This document shows, one piece after another, positions 36,771-46,524 of a stretch of 64,000 nt of DNA (position 1 is its first letter; each line of letters begins with the position of its first letter). The position numbers and the translations under genes were made by a program. The stretch comes from a virus. Taxonomy: Duplodnaviria > Heunggongvirae > Uroviricota > Caudoviricetes. Location of the stretch: IMG/VR virus record IMGVR_UViG_3300028374_000006. One strand, given 5' to 3'. The notes beneath the pieces were generated by a model. That model had not been told where the DNA came from. It saw nothing but the letters and a program-made list of their open reading frames with translations, and searched no databases.

Positions 36771-36779
36771 GGTCCCTAA

Positions 36780-37127
36780 ATGATGAGTGTTCCTATGCAA
36801 AAGGTGCGGGCTTGGGCTATCAGTTGGGAGGACAAATGGGCAGACCATTACCACCGAACGGGCAAAGCAGGACACCCCGGCTTTAACGGGTTGGTTACGG
36901 TCGTAGACGAATCAGGATCTACGTTCACGTATTTCGACGCTTTCGCGGTCAAGCACTGTCCCCGAGGTTGGGACGATGATTTTGTGGTGGTCTTTACTGA
37001 GCACCACGGGTTCCATATTTTTGCCGAAGACGATCTATTACACTATTCGCAGTGGGAAGACCGGGTACGGATTCCCCACCACGACGACGACCATAAAGAG
37101 ATAGCCCATGACGGAAACACTGCCTAA
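36780..37127 (+). CDS. hypothetical protein
   Basis: ORF. Confidence 0.45.
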   Translation: MMSVPMQKVRAWAISWEDKWADHYHRTGKAGHPGFNGLVTVVDESGSTFTYFDAFAVKHCPRGWDDDFVVVFTEHHGFHIFAEDDLLHYSQWEDRVRIPHHDDDHKEIAHDGNTA

Positions 37128-38217
37128 GAATCTGGATGAGCAGCTTCGAATTTCGAAGACGGTTTACTCTTGGGTGATGCCCGAGACGGAAGCCTTGATC
37201 CGGGAAGTCCAATCGGATCCTTATCATCAAAATATACTGCAGAGCCGCCACCGGGAAGCATGGACGGGTAAACAGGACGTTTACCACGAGGAGTTTTTCG
37301 AGGCGTGGGGGAATTGGGCGTCGGGAGATATTTACAAGCCCACGGGCGGTTTCATGTATCCCACGGCAGGGTCGTCGGAAGCCATTCGCGAAAGCCTCGC
37401 TCAGATGGCTTCTCTGGCTAAGTATAGCCCCCATCTTGGCGTCCCTACCATTCACGTGTTCAAAGGCGAATACGAGGGTTACAGGGCGCTTGCGGAGCCT
37501 TATGGCATCACGGTAGTGGAACATAGCCGCAACAACTGGCGGGAAGCGATCCACGCTATCGGTAAAGAGCCGCGTAAGGGTAGAGGCCAGCGGTTTTACA
37601 TTTCGCATCCATCTTCGATCGACGGCAACCTGTGGCGTGAGTTCAGTTCGTTTCTCAATACGATTGGGGATGCGACTGAACTCAAGGTGATGTTGGATCT
37701 GTGCTATATCGGGTGCGTCCCCAAAGGCCAGTATCCCTGCACGCCACAAGTCCACAAGTACGTGGGCGAACGTATCCCCGCAAACCACGATGCAGTTGAT
37801 ACCGTGTTCTTTTCGCTGTCCAAAGTGTTCGGGTTGTATTACCACCGCATCGGCGGTATGATTACGCACACGGAACATCCCGGATTGTGGGGCAACAAAT
37901 GGTTCAAAAACCTGTCGTCCCTTTATCTGGGCACGCAATTCATGAACCGGTATTCGCCGTTCGAGTTGCCAAACAAATACCGGTCGTTACAAGAGGCCGT
38001 CGTCGAAGATCTCAGGGCCGATGATGGTGGCAAAAGATTGAGCCCGTCGATGGGGTCCGATGTTAAGCCCTCCGACGTGTTCCTTTTGGCGTATCAGAGT
38101 ACGGCTGTTGGGGATCTCCCCCGCCGTTACGAGCGCGCATCCGGCAAGAATCGTTATTGCTTGACCCAGCGCATGTACGATAGGTGCATGGAGCAAGGTT
38201 TGTACGATACGGAGTAA
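37108..38217 (+). CDS. PLP-dependent aminotransferase-fold protein
   Basis: 'FFSLSKVFGLYYHRIGG' matches the class I/II aminotransferase lysine motif (SxSKxxGxxGxRxG). Confidence 0.45.
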   Translation: MTETLPKNLDEQLRISKTVYSWVMPETEALIREVQSDPYHQNILQSRHREAWTGKQDVYHEEFFEAWGNWASGDIYKPTGGFMYPTAGSSEAIRESLAQMASLAKYSPHLGVPTIHVFKGEYEGYRALAEPYGITVVEHSRNNWREAIHAIGKEPRKGRGQRFYISHPSSIDGNLWREFSSFLNTIGDATELKVMLDLCYIGCVPKGQYPCTPQVHKYVGERIPANHDAVDTVFFSLSKVFGLYYHRIGGMITHTEHPGLWGNKWFKNLSSLYLGTQFMNRYSPFELPNKYRSLQEAVVEDLRADDGGKRLSPSMGSDVKPSDVFLLAYQSTAVGDLPRRYERASGKNRYCLTQRMYDRCMEQGLYDTE

Positions 38218-38220
38218 GAC

Positions 38221-38706
38221 ATGGCTGAAGTAGAGTACGAATATCAGATTGTTCACGAGCCTTCGGGTACGGCATTAACCAAGCGTTACGTGAACCTTGG
38301 AAACGCCCTGAACCGTATCGAAAGTAACAGGCGTCGGGACTGGACCCCGGAGTATCTGGCCGATTGTATCATCCGGGAATACCGAATCGAAACGACGGTA
38401 GATGTCGAGCGCCCGTTGGACGACGCTTACGAAATTCCGCCCGGTGACACTGCGTATGTGCGCACCTTTGAAAAGCGACCTTGCACGAACTGCAACGGCA
38501 AGCCCCCGAACGGTTTCGAGTGTAAGAAGTGCAAGAATACCGGGGAGATGGATGTAGCGGTAGCAAAGCCTATCTCAATTACCCACCATTTCCGCAAGTC
38601 GGGAAGTCGTTATAAGCAGTGGAAAAAGAAATCCGGGTACCGAAATTCGACGACTGTTAATCCTGACGACATATACGCTACCCCAGAGGAAGCAGAGGAC
38701 GTATGA
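38221..38706 (+). CDS. hypothetical protein with C-terminal zinc ribbon
   Basis: 'CTNCNGKPPNGFECKKCKNTG'. Confidence 0.5.
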   Translation: MAEVEYEYQIVHEPSGTALTKRYVNLGNALNRIESNRRRDWTPEYLADCIIREYRIETTVDVERPLDDAYEIPPGDTAYVRTFEKRPCTNCNGKPPNGFECKKCKNTGEMDVAVAKPISITHHFRKSGSRYKQWKKKSGYRNSTTVNPDDIYATPEEAEDV

Positions 38707-39593
38707 AAAATATCATAGCCATACATGACCCCGAAGAGATTCATACTTACGTCAGAGATCTCTGGCGCACCGATCTTTTCCGGGATTCGCAAGACGACGA
38801 AAACGGGTATATCCGGGGTATCGTTGATGATCTAGCACAGCGGCCCGTTGTGTTTTTCGAGATGGATGACCCCAGCATTGAATGGTCGCAATTCACGACA
38901 TGGATGGGCGCTTACGCACTACGCCCGGATTACGATAGCGATGCGATTCACGACCTGTACTACCTCCACGAGTTCGTCCACGGGGCGACGATGGAGTACG
39001 ACACGGGTCTATCGTTCGTCGATTGGCATCGCAAGATGTGCGAGAATGAAATGTTGGCTTCGGTCCATTCGGAAGCCCTCGTGTATTTCGAACTGAAAGG
39101 CTTGCGGGATCTCAGTTTCGATTTTGATATTTGGGTTGACCGGTATCTGAAAGACCGAGGTAAACTGCATCCTTATGGGGCCACCATGACTTCGTGGCGT
39201 CGTGTAGACGGTAATATTTCCGTACATGGTTTCACGCACCACAACACCAAAGAGGCCCTCCTCAAGGCCCGCAAAGAGTCGATGACGACGCCGGATCCCT
39301 TTGACTTTTTGGAGATGCAGCTCCACTACTACGCCATGCAAAATGTGCAGTGGTCGAATATCTGGAAAGACCATTTCCGGGAAGTCGAAGAGCACATGGC
39401 GTCGTACCTCAAGTTAGCCGAAGAGGACCGGGCTGCCGCTCTGGAAATGCACGTGGGCTGGCTCCGAGACATGCGAAATCCCGACCCTTTGCTGCATAAC
39501 CAAGTGACCCCTTACGAAAGGGAAGCAATCGCTTTTGCCAAAATCGTGGAAGCTAACAAGAAACGCCAAGGCAACCAAATCCTGAAGGCTTGA
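38703..39593 (+). CDS. hypothetical protein
   Basis: ORF with overlapping start. Confidence 0.5.
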   Translation: MKNIIAIHDPEEIHTYVRDLWRTDLFRDSQDDENGYIRGIVDDLAQRPVVFFEMDDPSIEWSQFTTWMGAYALRPDYDSDAIHDLYYLHEFVHGATMEYDTGLSFVDWHRKMCENEMLASVHSEALVYFELKGLRDLSFDFDIWVDRYLKDRGKLHPYGATMTSWRRVDGNISVHGFTHHNTKEALLKARKESMTTPDPFDFLEMQLHYYAMQNVQWSNIWKDHFREVEEHMASYLKLAEEDRAAALEMHVGWLRDMRNPDPLLHNQVTPYEREAIAFAKIVEANKKRQGNQILKA

Positions 39594-39658
39594 CGTTACC
39601 ACACCGCTGTGGTACGTATTGCTAGTGTTTGACCCCAACTAATACGAAGAGAAATACG

Positions 39659-40573
39659 ATGGCAGCACTCAGTAACGACCTGAAACTCGCCGAAGAGGTC
39701 TACGTCAAGTTCCAGCGCCGTAGTAGAGGCGAAGACGAATATTTGCTAGGTTTCATGACGCCTTATGACAAGGACAAAGGCGAGGTGAATCGGAAATCCA
39801 CCGTCGACCATTGGGCGCAAGGCTGGGGCAAACAGGATCTTATCGACAAGCAAGCGCTGGTCTGTAAAAACGAACCGATGGAGGGGTTCAAGCTCTTGCA
39901 TTCGGTGGGCCGTTCGCAGACGGAAAATAAGGTCTGGCGCATTGAAGATCCGCGTGGTTTCGAACTCGAAATCATGACCGAAAACTTGTCGTATTTGTTG
40001 AATTACGTGAACATCGTGGATCGTGTCATGACGGGTAAGCTGATCTGGTCGACCCGCGTTCATGGGGGTACCAACTGGCTGATTCCTGCCGTTGGCGAAG
40101 ATTACGAACAGGTCATGCAGTTCACGACTTTTCGACGTGAGGCCCGAGGTCAACGTCTGTCGCTTCGGGACGTCAACCGGGGTGATATCGTGTTGCTACA
40201 TGACGCCCGGAAGGTGCGTTATCTTGGTGGCATGTATAGCATGTCTAAAAGGTACAATGGTTATATTACCCGTGATTACTATTTCGAAGTGTTGGAAGGG
40301 TCTACGCCCCGGTGGGATGCTGCCAGCACGGGCTTGGATAAGAAAAGTAGTGTCAAGGTGGGTAAAATCGTCGAAGCCTCCGATCCCCCGCTAACCAAAG
40401 AGGAAGCTGAAAAAGTCGCCAACGATCTACTTACCAATGCTACCGGCTACGGGTTGTCTAATTTCAGGTTCCTTTGTGCCGACAAATTCGAAAAAGATGA
40501 TGTTGAATTTGTCATGAAAGACGGGCAGAGTATGGCTTGCGTCAACGGGCGTGAATTCGTCAATCACCCTTAA
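39659..40573 (+). CDS. hypothetical protein
   Basis: ORF; ATG 39659 preferred over 39629. Confidence 0.5.
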   Translation: MAALSNDLKLAEEVYVKFQRRSRGEDEYLLGFMTPYDKDKGEVNRKSTVDHWAQGWGKQDLIDKQALVCKNEPMEGFKLLHSVGRSQTENKVWRIEDPRGFELEIMTENLSYLLNYVNIVDRVMTGKLIWSTRVHGGTNWLIPAVGEDYEQVMQFTTFRREARGQRLSLRDVNRGDIVLLHDARKVRYLGGMYSMSKRYNGYITRDYYFEVLEGSTPRWDAASTGLDKKSSVKVGKIVEASDPPLTKEEAEKVANDLLTNATGYGLSNFRFLCADKFEKDDVEFVMKDGQSMACVNGREFVNHP

Positions 40574-40619
40574 TTTATTTGTGGGCCGGGTTTTTTGACT
40601 CTAGCATTACGGAGGTAGT

Positions 40620-41042
40620 ATGCCCGATGACGACAAAAATTTCCGGCCCCGAGACGTTTATCGCGAAGATGGTAGCCGTCGAGGTCGGGAAGTGGAACCG
40701 GGCCTGATCCTCGTGGACACGACGCCGCCACGGAACTATGACCATTCATCGGTCCGGGCCATGTCTAACTTTGCCCGGCGCTCGATGGAGCAGGTCAGGG
40801 AAAATTTCGACCCTTCGGCGGTCAAGCGTATTCGGGGAGGGGAGCATTACCACTCGTGTTCCTATTGCGAAGACGAGCATGTATGCTATTCGGACTGTTT
40901 GATTGATCACGACCTATCGCTAGACGACGATGGGGCTGTGAACAAATATTATGGTTCGCCTTACGTATGTGATCAGTGCGAAACGGGTTTACGCTTTCGT
41001 ATCCTTATGCGGAACGCCGCTTGTAAAAATACGGGTGAGTAG
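40620..41042 (+). CDS. hypothetical Cys/His-rich protein
   Basis: 'HYHSCSYCEDEHVCYSDC...CDQCETG'. Confidence 0.45.
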   Translation: MPDDDKNFRPRDVYREDGSRRGREVEPGLILVDTTPPRNYDHSSVRAMSNFARRSMEQVRENFDPSAVKRIRGGEHYHSCSYCEDEHVCYSDCLIDHDLSLDDDGAVNKYYGSPYVCDQCETGLRFRILMRNAACKNTGE

Positions 41043-41101
41043 GTAAACTACGTACATAAAACGTAGGTCACGGCGACAAGCAGATACCTCAAAGGAAGAC
41101 C

Positions 41102-41377
41102 ATGACGAAGTTCTACGTCATTTCTGACGTGATGGATAACCCCGAAGCTGAAGCACCTGAACAACGCTATGTGTCGGGATACTGGACGGGCACGGAATTG
41201 ACGGGTACCTTGGAAGAGGGCTATCGCTACGAGTCGATTTCGGATGCGGAAATCGTGCTCCGGGCGGGTGATTTTTACGACCCCGCTGTCTACGAGGTAG
41301 AAACCCAAGACGGCAAATGCGTCAAGGGCCGGTTCTTCGATATGGTGAATAAGTACGGAGCGGCTGGCGGCAAATGA
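41102..41377 (+). CDS. hypothetical protein
   Basis: ORF. Confidence 0.45.
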   Translation: MTKFYVISDVMDNPEAEAPEQRYVSGYWTGTELTGTLEEGYRYESISDAEIVLRAGDFYDPAVYEVETQDGKCVKGRFFDMVNKYGAAGGK

Positions 41378-41387
41378 AAGGGCACTC

Positions 41388-41714
41388 ATGCGATTTTCCA
41401 AATCCGAAATCCGGGCACGGTTCCGAAAGGCTGTCTTTAAGAGGGACGGCCACCGGTGTGCTGTGTGTGGGATTGCGGAGTCGGAGGTCGAAAAGTTGGA
41501 TGCCCATCATATAACCGACCGAAACGAAATGCCAAATGGCGGGTACGTCCCGGAAAATGGCATATCCCTTTGCCCGAAATGCCATATCAAAGCCGAAATA
41601 TATCACACGTCAGACGGTTGGGATTGGGCTAGAGGCTATCATCCCAACTCCCTGTACTTCCGCATTGGAACATCCCCAGAAACGGCTGTAGAGGCCAGTG
41701 AGAGGTTAGCATGA
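41388..41714 (+). CDS. HNH endonuclease
   Basis: 'CAVCGI...DAHHITDRNEMPNGGYVPENGISLCPKCH'. Confidence 0.8.
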   Translation: MRFSKSEIRARFRKAVFKRDGHRCAVCGIAESEVEKLDAHHITDRNEMPNGGYVPENGISLCPKCHIKAEIYHTSDGWDWARGYHPNSLYFRIGTSPETAVEASERLA

Positions 41715-41836
41715 AACGCAAGCATCCGACTCAAGGTGAGGCATACGAAAGCCTGTTGGTAGGAATCGTAGCATGGGTGGTCGTTTTGTTTGGCGGTTTA
41801 GCCTTTATGAGCCTGTTAGGTGTAGTGTAAATTGAC

Positions 41837-42379
41837 ATGAAAATTAGAGGAAACAAAGTGCCCGAGATCAAGACACTGTTTGAAACAAAATGGCTCGCCC
41901 TCAAGAAGATGATCCTAGCGGAATGGGGTACCGAATATGTGTACGTGCATTCGGTACATTCGGATGGCGAAGCTGTGGCTGTTTTGCCACACCGGATTAA
42001 CGATGGCCAGATCGAGTTCCTTTTGCGAAAAGAAATCGTACCTCCGTGGTCGCTCGAACTAAGTCCCTGCAGCCTCACGGGAAGCCACGAAGGCGGCGAA
42101 CTGATTGACACCGCTGTACGTGAAGTCAAAGAGGAATCCGGCTATACTGTGGAGCCTGAATGGCTTACCTATCACGGGTTCGTTCGGAACTCCAAAGCGT
42201 CGACCACCAAGGTTCACATCTATTCGGTGGACTTGACAGGTATCGAAGCCGGTAAGCCTGGTGGTGATGGTTCGGTGTTGGAAGCAATGGGCACGTACTA
42301 TTGGACCAAGAACCCTTTCGAGTCCGAAGACGGTATTTTGCTAGCGATGTACGCCCACCTAATGCGATCACTTCAGTAA
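41837..42379 (+). CDS. Nudix hydrolase
   Basis: Nudix box 'GGELIDTAVREVKEESGY'. Confidence 0.8.
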   Translation: MKIRGNKVPEIKTLFETKWLALKKMILAEWGTEYVYVHSVHSDGEAVAVLPHRINDGQIEFLLRKEIVPPWSLELSPCSLTGSHEGGELIDTAVREVKEESGYTVEPEWLTYHGFVRNSKASTTKVHIYSVDLTGIEAGKPGGDGSVLEAMGTYYWTKNPFESEDGILLAMYAHLMRSLQ

Positions 42380-42388
42380 GGCGAACGT

Positions 42389-42850
42389 ATGAGTTTAACA
42401 ATCGGGATGGATTTTGATCACACGTATGCGGCGGACCCTAAGACGTTTTCGGTGGTCGTGGAACTTTTGCTAGCAGCAGGGCACGACGTCTTGCTTGTTA
42501 CCAAGCGTCACGACGATGGTGACGGTCCGATGGTGACGGAAGTCAACGAAACTGTAACCAACGACATCCCGATCATTTTCGTGGGTGGGACCGGGATCAT
42601 TTACAAGGATGATCTGGTGCAAGAAAGGCACGGTGTTCAGGTTGATATCTGGATCGATGATAAACCGGAGTTCATCCGGTCGCCGTCACAGCTTAAAAAA
42701 GAGCTTGACGACATGATCTATAGCCATCACACCCTCCGGGAGGAAGTGCGCTTTTTGAAAGGTTACGTCCAGCATCTTGAAAAGGTCGTGGTGGAGGAAG
42801 CCAAGCACCTGTGGGATGATATCAAAGAGAAATTCAAGGGAGACAGATGA
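42389..42850 (+). CDS. HAD-superfamily-like small phosphatase
   Basis: N-terminal 'GMDFDHT' DxDxT motif; weak otherwise. Confidence 0.4.
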   Translation: MSLTIGMDFDHTYAADPKTFSVVVELLLAAGHDVLLVTKRHDDGDGPMVTEVNETVTNDIPIIFVGGTGIIYKDDLVQERHGVQVDIWIDDKPEFIRSPSQLKKELDDMIYSHHTLREEVRFLKGYVQHLEKVVVEEAKHLWDDIKEKFKGDR

Positions 42851-43119
42851 GTGACGATGCGGTAACAACTATTTACGAAGAAATCCAAGCTGAACGAGAT
42901 CACCAACGGAGGAAATGGGGTGGTGCCGAGCACGACGACCAGCATACGACGTTTGATTGGCTTGCTATCCTCACCAAGCATGTAGGTCAGGCTTTTGATC
43001 CGGGCGAACGGGGACGTCTTGACATTCCGAAATACCGACATCAAATGATACGTGTTGCGGCAGTGGCAGTGGCCGCTATCGAATGGTGCGACCGAAACTT
43101 TGGCGACGACGATGCCTGA
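42847..43119 (+). CDS. hypothetical protein
   Basis: ORF with overlapping starts. Confidence 0.45.
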   Translation: MSDDAVTTIYEEIQAERDHQRRKWGGAEHDDQHTTFDWLAILTKHVGQAFDPGERGRLDIPKYRHQMIRVAAVAVAAIEWCDRNFGDDDA

Positions 43120-43504
43120 TTTTCCAGAAAACGATCACGTCTACAACATGTTTGTAGAGGTCCTAGAGTGGCTGAAACTGTATGACGAAGCAGGTCTGAA
43201 TCCGATGGTTCTATCGGCAGACGATCCTGTGGATGCTACCATAGGTTTCACGGTGGTCGTTGACAGTGATGCGGATTTGACGGCGCATTCAAGGCTGTTC
43301 TTGGGGTACATCAAGCAACAGAAAGAGCACCCGGAATCGGAACGGTTCTTTTTGTTCACGCCACCCATCGGGGACGTGACTCAGAAATATATCAAAACCG
43401 CCCAAGGTAGGACCTCCATAGCCAATCGGCTGACCAATGCGGACCTTACTCGGCCAATCCCCGAAATCTTGACAGATGTTCGAACATGGGGGCTTGCCGA
43501 ATAG
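43112..43504 (+). CDS. hypothetical protein
   Basis: ATG 43112 overlaps the upstream stop. Confidence 0.45.
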   Translation: MPDFPENDHVYNMFVEVLEWLKLYDEAGLNPMVLSADDPVDATIGFTVVVDSDADLTAHSRLFLGYIKQQKEHPESERFFLFTPPIGDVTQKYIKTAQGRTSIANRLTNADLTRPIPEILTDVRTWGLAE

Positions 43505-43532
43505 ATACGTATCGTGATATGTTAGAGTGAAT

Positions 43533-43622
43533 GGAGCGCTTGGCATGTGGTACGCCAGCCGGTTTTGAAAACCGTGTGGTCGCCGGAAGGCGGCTTAGGG
43601 GTTCGACCCCCCCTGCGCTCCT
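43533..43622 (+). tRNA. tRNA-Ser (anticodon UGA), class II
   Basis: Acceptor GGAGCGC/GCGCUCC, anticodon loop UUUGAAA, long variable arm, T-arm GGGGTTCGACCCC. Confidence 0.75.
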
Positions 43623-43635
43623 TGAGGAGTTATGG

Positions 43636-43857
43636 ATGGCTGAATGGGAGCGCCAAATAGCGGGTGAAGACGTAGACGCCATTATAGGTACCTGTATCTG
43701 TTGTGGTCTTGCCGCTCAAATGGCTGTGACTTTGTTCAATTACGAAGGCGCTGATCCCATTCAAATGTGTGACCTTTGCTATTCGATAACCGAAGACAAC
43801 GATTTGGACCCGATTGAAGTAGCGGCGTCTTGCGTTGTTGACGATTTAGAGGAATAG
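43636..43857 (+). CDS. hypothetical Cys-rich small protein
   Basis: 'CICCGL...CDLCYS'; the ORF-track N-terminus overlaps the tRNA and is rejected. Confidence 0.45.
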   Translation: MAEWERQIAGEDVDAIIGTCICCGLAAQMAVTLFNYEGADPIQMCDLCYSITEDNDLDPIEVAASCVVDDLEE

Positions 43858-43862
43858 CATAC

Positions 43863-43951
43863 GGAGTGGTTGACAAGGCTGGCACGTCAGGCTGTTTCGA
43901 AAACAGTTCGGTCGCTTTTGCGGCTTGGGGGTTCGATCCCCTCCCACTCCG
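43863..43951 (+). tRNA. tRNA-Ser (anticodon CGA), class II
   Basis: Acceptor GGAGUGG/CCACUCC, anticodon loop UUCGAAA, long variable arm, T-arm GGGGGTTCGATCCCC. Confidence 0.75.
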
Positions 43952-44002
43952 CTTCATTACCATTTCAAGGGTGTGGATAATTCATTTATCTTCGGGTAAG
44001 GT

Positions 44003-44359
44003 ATGTCTGGTTATTATTCCATCCTACAGTACATGCCCGACCCGGAACGGCGCGAAGCCGTCAATTTCGGCGTCATGTTGCTAGAAAAAGAGACGGGTCA
44101 GTTCAGTTGGATCTTGACTCGTCCGATCAGGCGTATCCAGAGGTTCTTTCCCGGCACTTCAGAAGCGTACCTTAACGATCTTATGACCGCTTTTTACAAC
44201 CGTATCTGTGCCGAACAGGTCAACGACTTAGATGATCTCACCCATTTTGCAATCACACGTGGCGGTGTCGTGCAATGTAGTGAGCCGCAGTGGGTTGATT
44301 TCGCACATAAAGACATGCCCAAGGTTCTCCAGCGTTTGCTAGAGGACCTTGTTTTTTAG
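44003..44359 (+). CDS. hypothetical protein
   Basis: ORF. Confidence 0.5.
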   Translation: MSGYYSILQYMPDPERREAVNFGVMLLEKETGQFSWILTRPIRRIQRFFPGTSEAYLNDLMTAFYNRICAEQVNDLDDLTHFAITRGGVVQCSEPQWVDFAHKDMPKVLQRLLEDLVF

Positions 44360-44712
44360 TAGTCCCGGTAGACCGCGTGCCCGGTTTCAACGAGGCGGTC
44401 GCTGACGTTGACCTGATTACCCTCAAGTTCAACGAATAGTTCGGCAATGTAACGCCCGTATTTACCTGTTTTTTCGGTCTTGATCTTGATCACAGACCCT
44501 ACGGGGATAAGCTCTTCAAGATAAGACTTAGCTGTGATCCCCCGTTGATACTCCTCGGAAGAGTGTTTGACCCCGAAGATTTCGGGGGCGTCAATACGGG
44601 CGATGCGAAGTCGGACGTCGTAAGATACCTGAAATCCCAAGTCGATATTGACGTCGAGGGTATCGGCATCAACGATTCGGGTAACAGTGGCACGGTAGTT
44701 CCAGAGATCCAT
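44356..44712 (-). CDS. staphylococcal-nuclease (thermonuclease) homolog
   Basis: 'ATVTRIVDADTLDV...RLRIARIDAPE' SNase motifs. A longer alternative start at 44790 is possible. Confidence 0.7.
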   Translation of the reverse strand: MDLWNYRATVTRIVDADTLDVNIDLGFQVSYDVRLRIARIDAPEIFGVKHSSEEYQRGITAKSYLEELIPVGSVIKIKTEKTGKYGRYIAELFVELEGNQVNVSDRLVETGHAVYRDY

Positions 44713-44736
44713 TGGCTGCTCCTTCGGTAAGTTAGG

Positions 44737-45192
44737 TTGTGTATGGTACAGTACAAACGAAATACCCCTGATCCTGAAAAGTTGGCCCATGATTTCTTAC
44801 TCGACATCGTAGGTCACGTGATTGATCTCCGTGAACAAGGCTGTGAGCCGCAGCTCTATATCGAATCCGGCCTATGGGATGAACGTGTGGTCAGGGTGTA
44901 TGTTTGGGATGCGGTAGAAGGGTCGCGTCGGGAGGTGTTCGAGATGGGTGAAATGATTCTCCGTCAGACTCGCTTTGCCGACGCATGGCTGTATAGGGAA
45001 GGTCGTTTGACTCTGGCGGAGGCATTGGCGTCAGCAGGGGGGATCGCAGAGGTAGATACCGCTAAGTATCTTCGGGAAGAGGTCGAAAGGCGGCGTGATG
45101 CAGTTGACGATCAATGGGAAGCTGAAAAGAAAGAGATGCCAGCGGGTTCGGGAGTAGGTTTTGGCGCACTTGCCCGGATAGCACAGGAATAA
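44737..45192 (+). CDS. hypothetical protein
   Basis: ORF. Confidence 0.45.
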   Translation: MCMVQYKRNTPDPEKLAHDFLLDIVGHVIDLREQGCEPQLYIESGLWDERVVRVYVWDAVEGSRREVFEMGEMILRQTRFADAWLYREGRLTLAEALASAGGIAEVDTAKYLREEVERRRDAVDDQWEAEKKEMPAGSGVGFGALARIAQE

Positions 45193-45232
45193 CCTTGACG
45201 ACCTACGAGGTTATGTGGTACGTATTATATAC

Positions 45233-45320
45233 GGAGGGTTGCCTGAGTTGGTAAAGGGCCGGATTGCTAATCCGAGGCGTCGATTATTTCGGCACGTGGG
45301 TTCGAACCCCACACCCTCCG
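45233..45320 (+). tRNA. tRNA-Ser (anticodon GCU), class II
   Basis: Acceptor GGAGGGU/ACCCUCC, anticodon loop UUGCUAA, long variable arm, T-arm GTGGGTTCGAACCCCAC. Confidence 0.8.
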
Positions 45321-45473
45321 CTGATATAACGAAGCCCCCGGTGGTTGAAACTGCCGGGGGCTTCGTTGCGATTTCCACCGAAGCGGAAGCAAGAAAATAC
45401 ATCTTGACTTGCTACTAACCTGTATTACAAGTAAAGTATTGGCCCCTACGACCACTAGTACGAGGATGAAATC

Positions 45474-45779
45474 ATGGGCGACCGAGGCAACATTTTTTTC
45501 GTAGACCAACGCGATGAGGAAGAAGGTACCTGTGCGGGTATTTACATGTACACCCATTGGGCCGGATACGATTTGCCACAGATTCTTCAGGAGGGCTTGA
45601 AGCGTGGCCGTAGCCGGTGGGATGATCCGCAATACCTGCCGCGTATTCTGTTTTGCGAGATGGTCAAAGACGATATCGAAGGGGAAAGGTGCTATGGACA
45701 TTTTGGAAGCAGAACCTACATGCGAATGTGGGAGCAAAAACGTCACCTTTATCATGTCACCTACGAGTCGCGTATTTGA
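45474..45779 (+). CDS. hypothetical protein
   Basis: ORF. Confidence 0.45.
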   Translation: MGDRGNIFFVDQRDEEEGTCAGIYMYTHWAGYDLPQILQEGLKRGRSRWDDPQYLPRILFCEMVKDDIEGERCYGHFGSRTYMRMWEQKRHLYHVTYESRI

Positions 45780-45933
45780 TGGGGTTGCGGGTACCCTTCG
45801 GTGTGACGAAGAAGATTGTGGGCGTCGTATCAATGCGATTAAGCATCATCGTCGTGACTATCCCAATCTGAAAGTTGATCGTTCAAAGTTTGATGAGTTT
45901 CAGGGTATGATATGTCCTGATCGAAGTAGGTAA
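45694..45933 (+). CDS. hypothetical zinc-ribbon-like protein
   Basis: 'CECGS...CDEEDCG'; overlaps the previous ORF in another frame, so one of the two may be spurious. Confidence 0.35.
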   Translation: MDILEAEPTCECGSKNVTFIMSPTSRVFDGVAGTLRCDEEDCGRRINAIKHHRRDYPNLKVDRSKFDEFQGMICPDRSR

Positions 45934-46019
45934 GCTGGAGTGGCGGAACTGGTAGACGCGCTACACTCAGACTGTAGTGGGCTTTGTAGCCCGTGTGGGT
46001 TCGAATCCCACCTTCAGTA
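45934..46019 (+). tRNA. tRNA-Leu (anticodon CAG), class II
   Basis: Acceptor GCUGGAG/CUUCAGU (2 G-U), D-arm GGAACTGGTAGA, anticodon loop CUCAGAC, long variable arm, T-arm GTGGGTTCGAATCCCAC. Confidence 0.75.
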
Positions 46020-46022
46020 TTT

Positions 46023-46268
46023 ATGGCTGACGTGCTCGAAATAAGGCAAGATGAGTTGCCGCCTACGAAGTATGATCCTTTCCTCTGCACTGAGGATGTG
46101 TTACAATTAAGGCGAGCTTTAATGCCTTTGTTGTATTCATACGAAAAGCCACTCGATGACCACGAACAGGTGGTGATTGTGGCGACGGCTAATTTCGAAG
46201 ATGGTCGAGCTATCGGAGTTAAGAATAACCTTGGCCCCCTTTCCGATTTGGATCGCGGGTTCAAATGA
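46023..46268 (+). CDS. hypothetical protein
   Basis: ATG just after the tRNA; the upstream extension in the ORF track overlaps the tRNA. Confidence 0.45.
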   Translation: MADVLEIRQDELPPTKYDPFLCTEDVLQLRRALMPLLYSYEKPLDDHEQVVIVATANFEDGRAIGVKNNLGPLSDLDRGFK

Positions 46269-46449
46269 TGCATCGTGAAGAGGCTCTTAGAACCCTTGGT
46301 ACCAAGGCGAAGTCGAAGCGGTGAAACGGCCCCGAAGTGTCCCAAGAGGCTGGGCCTGTCGTTGATACTATACCAACGGGTGGTATCTCGATCCATACAA
46401 AGCGCCGTTGGTGGGTGAGGCGGGGCCTTTAAGCTCGCCGACTTTTTAC

Positions 46450-46522
46450 GCCTCCGTATCCCAACGGCAGAGGACGCGGATTTAGAATCCGTTCAGTGTG
46501 AGTTCGAATCTCACCGGAGGCA
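46450..46522 (+). tRNA. atypical class-I tRNA, anticodon UAG (Leu-type codons CUA/CUG), A73
   Basis: Acceptor GCCUCCG/CGGAGGC perfect 7 bp, D-loop AACGGCAG, anticodon stem GCGGA/UCCGU, loop UUUAGAA, variable UCAGU, T-arm GTGAGTTCGAATCTCAC. Confidence 0.55.
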
Positions 46523-46524
46523 TT

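Noticed and set aside
36994-37938. 314-aa minus-strand ORF antisense to the PLP-fold gene
   Set aside because: The sense frame carries the SxSK PLP motif and fits the operon. The antisense ORF lacks any signal.
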